The notes below the pieces were generated by a model that saw nothing but the letters and a program-made list of their open reading frames with translations, had not been told where the DNA came from and searched no databases. The position numbers were made by a program, and so were the translations under genes. This document shows, in pieces, positions 10,175-19,079 of a stretch of DNA of 43,242 nucleotides (positions are counted from its first letter, which is position 1; every line of letters starts with the position of its first letter). The stretch is from the NCBI GenBank assembly GCA_034660555.1, contig JAYEJL010000114.1:1-43242 (forward strand), written 5' to 3'. Source of the DNA: Thermotogota bacterium (GTDB taxonomy: Bacteria; Thermotogota; Thermotogae; Petrotogales; Kosmotogaceae).

Positions 10175-11928
10175 TTTTCTTTCTCCATTTGTCGTGCGAA
10201 AAGTGCAGCACCAAAAGCACCAACAATATCCGGGTCTTCAGGGACGGATAAAGTTACATTTAGTTCTTTTTCAAGAGCTTCCTTAACGCTATTATTTCTG
10301 GCAACGCCACCAGTGAAGGCGACAGGTTCTTCACCTTTTATACCTCTATACAAACCAGCCACTCTTTTTGCAATAGAGTTGGCAAGGCCAGCAGCAATTT
10401 GCGATATGTTCTCTCCTTTTCCGAGAAGTGATACAACTTCTGATTCTGCAAAAACAGTGCACATGGAACTTATTGGAGCTGCTCTTTTTGCATTAAGAGC
10501 CTTTGTTGACATTTCGTTCAAATTGATTTCAAGAACATTCGACATAACTTCAAGAAATCTTCCAGTTCCAGCAGCGCATTTGTCATTCATTGCGAAGTCT
10601 TTAACCGAACCGTCGTTTCCTAGTTTTATTGATTTGCTGTCCTGACCACCAATGTCAATTATACTTCGTATTTCGGGGAACAATGTTTTGGCACCACGTG
10701 CATGGCAGGTAATTTCTGTGACGGTATCACTGGCAAAATCAATAATATTTCTACCGTATCCTGTCGCTATTGTGTAAGCCAGAGAGTCGTTGGATGCCTT
10801 TAAAGACTTCATTCCTTTTTCAAGTAATGACCTGGCTGTCTGTTTAGCGTTGGTGCCGGTTGGGGTGGTTTCCTTATAAAGGATGTTTTTGTTTTTATCA
10901 ATAATTACAATGTTTGTAGTGGTGGAACCCGAATCAATGCCAGCAAATAATTTTTCTTCCGAAAAACAACTGGAATGTCCGGGTTTTTTCTTCCTAATTT
11001 TTTCAATAAAGGCACCTATTCTTGTAAGCAACTGACCTGAAGAAGTTTGTGGAAATTCTGATTCAACAATCAAAACGGGTAAATCAATTTCTTCAGTTGT
11101 AAAACCATAAAAATCGCAAAATTTAGGTTGAACCTTAATAACACCATCTATATTAAATTTGTTCAGCAAATAATTTAGGTCGTTACCATAATTGCCATAA
11201 AATCTTCCACAGGGTAGTCTTTTTTGTATTATTCTTTGGGCAATGTTAAAGAGATTATCTCCTTCATTGGAGTATTTACCTGTGAATGGTCTAATACCCT
11301 GGCAGCTTTCATTGAGCACAACTCTTCCTCCAGCTTCATTTACGATCTCTATGAGTCTATCTGGTTGAAAAAATCCTCCAATGATTGCCAGACCTGGCTT
11401 ATTAGGATCTTCATTATTTTCCTTATTTTCTGGCGTATAAGATTGTCCATCAAAAGCATAGTCTAAGGTTTTCTGCTTTTCTAAAGCTGGAAAGCTTCCC
11501 ATATGAACATCCCATATATTATCAGAGATTTTTTTGAAAAAACTGATTCCGTAAAAAAGATCATTTTCAGTGAGTTCATTATCTGAGTTTTCTGTTAATT
11601 CCTTGATCAAAGTCTTTAATTCTTTTTTGTAAATGCTAACAGCCTCTGAGTCGTTTTTCCATGGTAATCGTAACGTTATTATCTTTGCTTTTGATTCTTT
11701 TTTCAATACATCGGATATTCTTCTCATGGCATCGCATGAATCAATTGAGACAAATACATCATTTTTATCCATATTCATAACGGTTTGAAATATCGTTTTA
11801 CAGTAATCACAAAGATTTCTATGAATAAGTTCGCTTTCTGTTTTCATAGGAGTTTTAATTTTTTTAAAGGGTTGTTTGGTTGCAATCAATATTTCAAGAG
11901 GAACATAACTGCACGCATAATAAATCAT
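10171..11928 (-). CDS. Fusion of a 2-hydroxyacyl-CoA dehydratase subunit-like domain and a dehydratase activator (HgdC/FldI-like)
   Basis: N-terminal CSYVPLE, NLCDYCK, SCDAMRR, KFCDFY; C-terminal GIDSGSTTT, ATGYGR, DIGGQDSK, MNDKCAAGTGRF, SSMCTVFAESE; ATG 11928 after GGAGG. Confidence 0.9.
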   Translation of the reverse strand: MIYYACSYVPLEILIATKQPFKKIKTPMKTESELIHRNLCDYCKTIFQTVMNMDKNDVFVSIDSCDAMRRISDVLKKESKAKIITLRLPWKNDSEAVSIYKKELKTLIKELTENSDNELTENDLFYGISFFKKISDNIWDVHMGSFPALEKQKTLDYAFDGQSYTPENKENNEDPNKPGLAIIGGFFQPDRLIEIVNEAGGRVVLNESCQGIRPFTGKYSNEGDNLFNIAQRIIQKRLPCGRFYGNYGNDLNYLLNKFNIDGVIKVQPKFCDFYGFTTEEIDLPVLIVESEFPQTSSGQLLTRIGAFIEKIRKKKPGHSSCFSEEKLFAGIDSGSTTTNIVIIDKNKNILYKETTPTGTNAKQTARSLLEKGMKSLKASNDSLAYTIATGYGRNIIDFASDTVTEITCHARGAKTLFPEIRSIIDIGGQDSKSIKLGNDGSVKDFAMNDKCAAGTGRFLEVMSNVLEINLNEMSTKALNAKRAAPISSMCTVFAESEVVSLLGKGENISQIAAGLANSIAKRVAGLYRGIKGEEPVAFTGGVARNNSVKEALEKELNVTLSVPEDPDIVGAFGAALFARQMEKEK

Positions 11929-11929
11929 A

Positions 11930-13186
11930 TCAATCCTCCAGCATTTCAAAAAACGCTTCAATTCTTGTTTTTAATTGTTCAGGATGTAAGTTTCTGTGAT
12001 CAACACAATCTCCATCTAGATTTAGAAATGGTATATTGTTTTTGGAGAAAAAACTCTTCAGGTAACCTACAGCTCCGTTAGACTGTCTACATCCCCAGTG
12101 TGAAAAATGTATTATACCATCGATATTTAGGTCTTTTGCCAGTTTGAGGTTAAATAGTGCTCTATCTTCAACTGTACCAGCTTCCGGGTTGAAAACGAGT
12201 TTTTCTGCAAGCGATCTTATAGGATCGTCAGGATTAAGTGGGTACAGCCAATCCCACCAGTACTCTTCGGTAATCACCCTGAAATTTCCAGAAGGAGAGA
12301 AAAGATCAAAAAGAACATTATCAAAATATGGCGGAATATGCATCCACAGCAATCTTTTGCCTTCTTTTTTAGGATTATTTTTAAGATCTTTCACTAAATG
12401 AGCTGCACCATCAAGAAGTCTTTCATCACCGGCTAACGTATGTAATACGTAAAGAATGTTCAATTGTTCGAATAACTCTATGGGAATTTCTTTGGTTTTC
12501 ATAAGGCGTTTTGCTTCATTAAGTTTACTTATGGTAGAATTCTCTTTTACCAAAACTTTTGAGAGCTCATCCATCGAAAACTTTCTACCTGTAATATCTT
12601 CTATTTTTTCGGTTAAGTTAAGTAGTTGTTTTTCAACATATGGAATGTATTCTTTTTTTCTTCCTCTTGGAACATCAATAAGGTAATAGGGTACGTCGTA
12701 CTCGCGTGCCATTTCTCCGAAAGTTCCTGGGTTTCCATCACATAGAATAGTCGTTGTAATTGTCATCATAGGAGAAGGGAAAATACCCCAATAAACACTC
12801 CCCACAGAGGTTCGATGAAAAGAGCACAGAGATTTTGTTATTCCATTACTCTCAGCTAGTGACAGAGGATAATCTTCCAGATTCATCGCTGTAAGTGCTC
12901 CTGCTATTCCTTCAGCTGAAAGAGGATTCAGTCCCATTGCAAGAAGCATTTCAGAGGGAGCAAAGAGATTTACCCAGACTGACTTGTTTGCCTTCAATGC
13001 GTTATAAATTTCTTCAACAGCCAAATAATTAGTAATATTTGAGAACTCAGATTTATTTTTATCAGCAAAATGCTTTCTTCTAAATATTTCGAGACCCATT
13101 CCTGCTTTAAGATGCCTTCTAAAAACTTCGGGATTGTCCAGATATTTTCTCAGGAATCTACCAAAAATTACACTTTTTTTTGACAT
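11930..13186 (-). CDS. 2-hydroxyacyl-CoA dehydratase subunit (HgdA/B, FldB/C family)
   Basis: LCSFHR, LCDGN, IDVP, DGIIHFSHWGCRQ, LDGDCVD, QLKTRIEAF. Confidence 0.9.
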   Translation of the reverse strand: MSKKSVIFGRFLRKYLDNPEVFRRHLKAGMGLEIFRRKHFADKNKSEFSNITNYLAVEEIYNALKANKSVWVNLFAPSEMLLAMGLNPLSAEGIAGALTAMNLEDYPLSLAESNGITKSLCSFHRTSVGSVYWGIFPSPMMTITTTILCDGNPGTFGEMAREYDVPYYLIDVPRGRKKEYIPYVEKQLLNLTEKIEDITGRKFSMDELSKVLVKENSTISKLNEAKRLMKTKEIPIELFEQLNILYVLHTLAGDERLLDGAAHLVKDLKNNPKKEGKRLLWMHIPPYFDNVLFDLFSPSGNFRVITEEYWWDWLYPLNPDDPIRSLAEKLVFNPEAGTVEDRALFNLKLAKDLNIDGIIHFSHWGCRQSNGAVGYLKSFFSKNNIPFLNLDGDCVDHRNLHPEQLKTRIEAFFEMLED

Positions 13187-13289
13187 GAACTCACCAGCCA
13201 ATTTATACGAGATATGGCATTACTTAATTTTACACATGTTTATCTGTGTAATTTTAACACTGGAAAGAATATTTGGTGATTAAATACGT

Positions 13290-13970
13290 TTAATCAAATA
13301 ATCCCTTTTGAATTGTGATGAATGCTGTGTAAGTATTTTCGAAAGTACAATCCTCGATAACAAAACCGGAGCGCTTAATAATGGATTCTATGACATTTAA
13401 TGGAGGTTTAAACTGGTAAACCCCATTCTCAATGATTTCACCAAGTATAGCGGGAATACCCTGCTTATGAAGATTTCTTTGATGTGCTCTGGCAGTTTCT
13501 AATTCGCTAATTGAACAAATTAACATACCTCTTCCATCACATTTAAGAGCGGTGTAGGCCTTCCTCAGAAAAATATTAATATCTTCAGGAAAAAGGTTAT
13601 CGAAAACTAAAAATGCAATAATTCCATCAAACATATGAATGAAATGAAGTTTTGGTTCTTGTTTGTCTTTTACATTTTTACCGATATAACGGTTAATATT
13701 CATTTCGATCACACTGCTTCTACCATTCATTGAAAGCATTTCTGAAAACCTTTCATAATCATGAACTACAAGTATAAATCCTTCATCACTAATACCGGAA
13801 ATGAAGTAATCTATGTTTTTTTTCGTTGTATTGGATAAAGAAGGGTTGATTTTCGTATGAAAATCATAAGCATTATTTTTAAGCCATTCATTCCTTTTCA
13901 TGCTACCTGGAATGGTTTTTTCCCATTCCTGCACCTCCAGGTTGTAAAAGATGTTGTTTAAGTTGTGCAA
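13290..13970 (-). CDS. Hypothetical protein, possibly a degenerate methyltransferase fold; 5' end uncertain or frameshifted
   Basis: FDGII...FLRKAYTALKCDG resembles methyltransferase motifs II-III but there is no GxG motif; the best RBS points to an out-of-frame ATG at 13926. Confidence 0.5.
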   Translation of the reverse strand: MHNLNNIFYNLEVQEWEKTIPGSMKRNEWLKNNAYDFHTKINPSLSNTTKKNIDYFISGISDEGFILVVHDYERFSEMLSMNGRSSVIEMNINRYIGKNVKDKQEPKLHFIHMFDGIIAFLVFDNLFPEDINIFLRKAYTALKCDGRGMLICSISELETARAHQRNLHKQGIPAILGEIIENGVYQFKPPLNVIESIIKRSGFVIEDCTFENTYTAFITIQKGLFD

Positions 13971-14049
13971 GTATAAAAATTCTACAACCTTTATGAGAAA
14001 ATAGGATGTGTTCTGAAGTGTTTATTTTCATAAATTGGAGTGATTTATT

Positions 14050-15048
14050 ATGAAAATGACCATATTTTGTGTTGTTTTTATATTGTTTGCAGGGTTATTG
14101 TTGGGATGGTCAGGACATGATGCGTTAACTTACTATATAATTCAGGATTATATGAACCTTTTAGATAATGATGTTACTATTACTACATATTGCTACGATA
14201 TGATGGAGACAAGAAATTACAACAAAAATCCTTACAATTCTATTTATGAAGATTATTGTGGAACACTTGCAGTACCTGCTGAAGATGAAAGATTGTTTAA
14301 TCCTGTATATCCAAATCCAGAACCAAAAAATAACACTGTTCCTGCGTGGCAAATATTGACAGTTTATTCCTATGAGCCCGATATGGGAATGGACAAAGAA
14401 CTGGACCTTTCACCTTACCAGTTTTTAACAGGCGGCAGTCAGGGCTGGAGACATATGGAGTTCAGAATTTTGTTTTTTAGGCTTGGGAGGGTAACAGATA
14501 GCGTTGAATATTTTACAGAACTTGCAAAAAAGGCAGAAGAAAAAGATGATTATTACTGGTTTTATAGATACATGGCCAGAGCGATACATTATTTAGAAGA
14601 TTCAGGGATGCCTTATCATACTTTTCCAGCACCATTTCTTGAACTTCTGAGATTACTCTTCAATTACAACAAATGGTTAACTATATTCTCCAACTACCAT
14701 TTTGCCTTTGACAACTATGCCGGTTACCTTTTGTGGGAAGGATACGAACCGCTTGTTGAAGCTATTGATAAAGCTGAGCCCATTGAAATAACAGATCCAA
14801 AAAAGGGAGCTGCTAAATTAAGAAGAAAGGCAAGGAGGAAATTGAATAAGGTTTTTTATGAAATGAAGAGGCTTATGAAAGGTGAACTACATTGTGATCA
14901 AATATTTCTTGCAGATAAGGATTATTTTCACAACCTTAGAGAAACTGGCAAAACGGAGAAACTGGATAAGTTAACAGTTGAATTGCTCGAACAGGTGGCG
15001 TCTTACGTAAAAGGATATCTGGAATATATATTAATCAAGGAGGGATGA
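14050..15048 (+). CDS. Secreted zinc-dependent phospholipase C / P1-S1 nuclease-like protein
   Basis: Signal peptide followed by WSGH; EPD, RH, HYLEDSGMPYH and late H..D metal-ligand pattern. Confidence 0.65.
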   Translation: MKMTIFCVVFILFAGLLLGWSGHDALTYYIIQDYMNLLDNDVTITTYCYDMMETRNYNKNPYNSIYEDYCGTLAVPAEDERLFNPVYPNPEPKNNTVPAWQILTVYSYEPDMGMDKELDLSPYQFLTGGSQGWRHMEFRILFFRLGRVTDSVEYFTELAKKAEEKDDYYWFYRYMARAIHYLEDSGMPYHTFPAPFLELLRLLFNYNKWLTIFSNYHFAFDNYAGYLLWEGYEPLVEAIDKAEPIEITDPKKGAAKLRRKARRKLNKVFYEMKRLMKGELHCDQIFLADKDYFHNLRETGKTEKLDKLTVELLEQVASYVKGYLEYILIKEG

Positions 15049-17423
15049 ATTTGCGAGAATTAAAGTATGAAAATTTAAAAATTCCTGTAGAACTCCCGAA
15101 AGATATAAAAGATACAACTTCATTTTCAGAATTAACAGCTTTCATAGGGCAGAGAAGAGCAGAAAAGGCCCTGAAAAAGGGTTTGAATATTAAAGTAAAG
15201 GGATACAATATTTTTGTCTCTGGTTTGACAGATACAGGAAGAAGAACGTTTGCAAAGAAATACCTAAAGAAAAGAGCAAAAAAAGCTAAATCTCCCTGTG
15301 ACTGGGTATATGTTTACAATTTTGATAATCCAAGGAACCCAAATGCAATCTCTTTGGAAACAGGTTTAGGTAAAGATATAAAAAAGAAGCTTAAAGAGTT
15401 CGTGGAATATATGGTTGATGCAATACTTGAAACGTTTCAGAGTGAAGATTACCAAAAAAGAATGTCCGAGCTTAAGAATGAGCAGAATGAAAAGAAGAGC
15501 AGACTATTCAATGAATTGTCAGAAAAAGCCAAAGAAAAAGGTTACAAAGTACAGGTTAATCAGACAGGTGTGGCTACGGTTCCCATAAAGAATGGCAAGC
15601 CATTAACAAAGGATGCCTTTGACCAGTTGTCAGAGGATGAAAAGAAAGAAATCCAGGAGCGCGGAAGAGAAGTCAGAGAACTTGTAAATTCATATGTTCT
15701 AAAAATAAAAGGAATAGAAAGAGAATATGCAAACAAATTAAAAGAATTGAATAAGGAAGTTGCTGAATTCACCATTAAAGGTCACATAGAAGAACTTAAA
15801 AATACCTTTAAAGAAAACGATGAAATACAGGATTTTATTGATCGTTTGAAAAAAGATATACTTGATAATCTTAAGGTCTTTTTTAGATCCAAAACGGATC
15901 CCAAATCTTTTTTTGGAAAAAGATATGCAGTCAATTTGTTCATTGATAATTCTGAAACTGAGGGGAAACCGGTCGTTGAAGAGATGAACATAAGTTACTC
16001 GAAGCTTTTTGGAAGAATAGAATATGTCGCCCGCATGGGTATGCTTGATACTGATCACACAATGATAAGACCGGGAGCCATTCACAAAGCCAATGGAGGT
16101 TATATAATACTGGACGCATTAAATGTTCTCAGTGAACCATATGTCTGGCGAACACTTAAACAATTGCTTTTTTCCGGAACGCTTACCATGGAAAATATTG
16201 AACATAAAATGGGAATAGTAAGCACTGTAAGCCTTAAACCTGAACCAATACCAGTTGATGTTAAGGTTGTGCTTATTGGGGAGCCCTGGATTTACTCTAT
16301 TTTAAGCCAGATGGACCCGGATTTCCAGAAACTGTTTAAGATAAAGGCTGAATTTGACTGGGAGATGGATTTTGAAAACAAAACAATTGGGGACATTTGT
16401 AGGTTTGTTTGTACAACAGTAAGAGAAAATGATCTGCTTGAATTTAACAGAGATGCCATTGAAGAGATAATAAGGAAGTCGATAAGCATTTCTGGTAGCA
16501 GAAAAAAGCTTTCCACAAGATTTGGAAAGATAAAACAGCTGATTGTCGAAAGTTCAACCAATGCCAGAGTTAATGACAGTGATATGGTTTATGCAAAACA
16601 TGTAAAAAGTGCGTGGGATGATATTTATGAACGTGGTTCCCTTTATAGAGACAAGATAGAAGAGAAATTCAGAGACGCAATGTTGTATGTTGATACAGAA
16701 GGTGAAAAGGTTGGTGAAATTAATGGCCTGACAGTCATTCAAACAGAGGATATTACTTTTGGTGTTCCTGTTAAACTTACTGGAAGAGCTACTCCTGGTA
16801 CCGAGGGAATACTTGATATTCAAAGAGAAGCAGGGCTAAGTGGAAAGATACATAACAAGGCTTCTTTAATAATCAAAGGCTATATGAGCGGTAAGTATGC
16901 TCATAAATTTCCTCTTAGTCTTAACGGATACCTTAGTTTTGAACAGGTTTATGGAATGGTTGATGGTGACAGCGCTTCCGTGGCTGAAACGGTTGCTCTC
17001 TTATCTGCTATATCAAATATTCCAATTAAGCAGAATATTGCTGTTACTGGATCGGTTAACCAGAGTGGAAGGGTCCAACCTGTTGGTGGAGTGCCCGAAA
17101 AAATTGAAGGCTTTTACAGGCTTTGTAGAACGAAGGGGCTCAATAAAGAACAAGGAGTAATAGTACCAGAAAGTAATTTTGATAATATCGTTCTACTTGA
17201 TGAAATTTGTGATTCAGTTGAAAAAGGCGAATTTCATATATGGTCTGTAGAAACCGTAGATGAAGCTATTGAACTTCTAACAGACATGAAGGCCGGCAAA
17301 AAAGATTCTGAAGGCAAATATGAAAAAGATAGTTTTAATGAAGCTGTTGTAAATGGACTTGAGTGGCTCTATAACATAGTAAAAGAAAAGAAAAAAGACA
17401 AAAAGAAGGATAAAAAGAAATAA
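15045..17423 (+). CDS. Lon-like protease (LonC/AAA_32 type, peptidase S16)
   Basis: IGQRRA, DWVYVYNF, coiled-coil insert, GAIHKANGGY, catalytic DGDSAS and GGVPEK; degenerate Walker A GLTDTGRR. Confidence 0.9.
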   Translation: MNLRELKYENLKIPVELPKDIKDTTSFSELTAFIGQRRAEKALKKGLNIKVKGYNIFVSGLTDTGRRTFAKKYLKKRAKKAKSPCDWVYVYNFDNPRNPNAISLETGLGKDIKKKLKEFVEYMVDAILETFQSEDYQKRMSELKNEQNEKKSRLFNELSEKAKEKGYKVQVNQTGVATVPIKNGKPLTKDAFDQLSEDEKKEIQERGREVRELVNSYVLKIKGIEREYANKLKELNKEVAEFTIKGHIEELKNTFKENDEIQDFIDRLKKDILDNLKVFFRSKTDPKSFFGKRYAVNLFIDNSETEGKPVVEEMNISYSKLFGRIEYVARMGMLDTDHTMIRPGAIHKANGGYIILDALNVLSEPYVWRTLKQLLFSGTLTMENIEHKMGIVSTVSLKPEPIPVDVKVVLIGEPWIYSILSQMDPDFQKLFKIKAEFDWEMDFENKTIGDICRFVCTTVRENDLLEFNRDAIEEIIRKSISISGSRKKLSTRFGKIKQLIVESSTNARVNDSDMVYAKHVKSAWDDIYERGSLYRDKIEEKFRDAMLYVDTEGEKVGEINGLTVIQTEDITFGVPVKLTGRATPGTEGILDIQREAGLSGKIHNKASLIIKGYMSGKYAHKFPLSLNGYLSFEQVYGMVDGDSASVAETVALLSAISNIPIKQNIAVTGSVNQSGRVQPVGGVPEKIEGFYRLCRTKGLNKEQGVIVPESNFDNIVLLDEICDSVEKGEFHIWSVETVDEAIELLTDMKAGKKDSEGKYEKDSFNEAVVNGLEWLYNIVKEKKKDKKKDKKK

Positions 17424-17446
17424 ATTAACCAACAGGGCAGGTCGTT

Positions 17447-18367
17447 TTAGACCAGCCCTTCTTCAATACATTCAACCAACAATTTTACAATTTCTTCATA
17501 ATATGCTACACCAGCTAATTTTTTTAATTCATCAAGGGTTTTGCTGACCTCAATTGCTTCTCTGTAGGGTCTTTTAGAGGTCATAGCATCAAAACTATCA
17601 GCAACTGCCAATATTTTTGCTTCCAGTAAAATTTCATCATTCTTTAATCCATAGGGATAACCAGAACCATCAATACGTTCATGATGTTGTTCAATAATTT
17701 TAGAGATTTGTTCTAAAAAGGTATCTTTTACCAGTTCTGCACCCCTAACAGGATGTTTTTTTATTATCTCGAATTCTTCTTTCGTTAGCCTTGTTGGTTT
17801 TTTTAGAATATCATCAGGGATATCAATTTTTCCTATATCATGTAATAGTGCTGCCCAGGTAAGGTTCTCCATTTCATCCTGGTTTAACCCGACTTTATTT
17901 CCTATAGCAAAGGAAAGATCTCTTACCCTTTTACCATGATTGTGTGTGTATTCATCCTTGCTTTCAACTTCTTTCAACATGCTTTTAAGTTCCTTTATAT
18001 CGTTACTCAAGTATTTAAAGACAGGTTTCGAACTGACGTATAGAAGTTTTGTTTTGGTTAGTGCCTTGAAAGAAACAGGTGCAAAAAAAAGATGATTAAC
18101 ATAAAAATAGTCACCAGCTTCAAGAGGATTCATTTTGGAGTTAGTGAGTGTCAGGCAGGTAACTGAGCCTTCGAGGATGTAATAAAACTCGATTAATCCG
18201 CTTGTTGTACCCGGTTCTATGAAAAAAGTAGTGTTCTTTTTTATCTCTTGAATCAATACTTCAACATGGTCTCCGGAGGCGAGTAAAGACAGGGCACCGC
18301 TTTTTTGTGAAACCTTTTCAATATACGAATTTTTCTTTTTTAGATGTAGTCCGCGTATGTTTTTCAA
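17447..18367 (-). CDS. Cupin-like N-terminal domain + HD-GYP phosphodiesterase
   Basis: EFYYILEG...L.AGDY (cupin-like); D.YTHNH, LLHDIGK, HHERIDGSGYP, VADSFDAMTSKRPYR. Confidence 0.9.
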   Translation of the reverse strand: MKNIRGLHLKKKNSYIEKVSQKSGALSLLASGDHVEVLIQEIKKNTTFFIEPGTTSGLIEFYYILEGSVTCLTLTNSKMNPLEAGDYFYVNHLFFAPVSFKALTKTKLLYVSSKPVFKYLSNDIKELKSMLKEVESKDEYTHNHGKRVRDLSFAIGNKVGLNQDEMENLTWAALLHDIGKIDIPDDILKKPTRLTKEEFEIIKKHPVRGAELVKDTFLEQISKIIEQHHERIDGSGYPYGLKNDEILLEAKILAVADSFDAMTSKRPYREAIEVSKTLDELKKLAGVAYYEEIVKLLVECIEEGLV

Positions 18368-18513
18368 AAAAGGTTCATTCCTTTCTTTCTACTATATTAT
18401 ACCTGAAAGTTCTGGTAGAACTAACATACAATTTGATTTTTATTAGATCACAAATGTTATAAAGTCCTTTATCTTATACTTATTTAACAAGTTAATGTTA
18501 CGAAGAAGTGTAT

Positions 18514-18543
18514 AAAAAAAGCCCCCATTTGTGAGGGCTTTTT
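18514..18543. terminator. Rho-independent terminator after 18559..18924
   Basis: A7-GCCC...GGGC-T5 hairpin. Confidence 0.75.
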
Positions 18544-18558
18544 CTATTTATCGTTCTA

Positions 18559-18924
18559 TCAATCATCACATAATCTTATCGGATCAACAGAGAATGTTAA
18601 GCAATAATCTTCGCCTTCAAAGGTTACAGATTCGTGATAGATTTCGTAGTCAACACCGAGTTGGTCAAGAGCATTTGTGGCACCCGAGGTAATTTTCTCG
18701 GCTCTAATTACCATAAGTTCGCCGAGTTCACGTAGTTCATTTTCAGTTGCTCCTGCTTCAATAAGCGTATCTGCCTGTTCCTGGGTTACTTCCATAAGAT
18801 CATACAAAGCATTGTTAACATTAGTAACAATAACTTCTGCAGCGTTATCTGCACTTGCAAATGCCGATCCTACTAACAAGATTGATATAAAAACTACAAG
18901 TACTAATCCTGTACGATTTTTCAT
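18559..18924 (-). CDS. Small secreted acidic protein, unknown function
   Basis: GGAGGTG RBS; signal peptide ending AFA; helical acidic body; C-terminal SVDPIRLCDD. Confidence 0.85.
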   Translation of the reverse strand: MKNRTGLVLVVFISILLVGSAFASADNAAEVIVTNVNNALYDLMEVTQEQADTLIEAGATENELRELGELMVIRAEKITSGATNALDQLGVDYEIYHESVTFEGEDYCLTFSVDPIRLCDD

Positions 18925-19079
18925 ACGATCACCTCCAATTAATCAATTGTATACATCATATGATAAATATCAACCGTTTTAATTATACAAAACATTGGTT
19001 TCGTTAAGTTTAAATAATAATTAAAATCTCGAACCATTGTTTCACTTTTAGTGCGATTATTATATCACAGTTGTAAACC

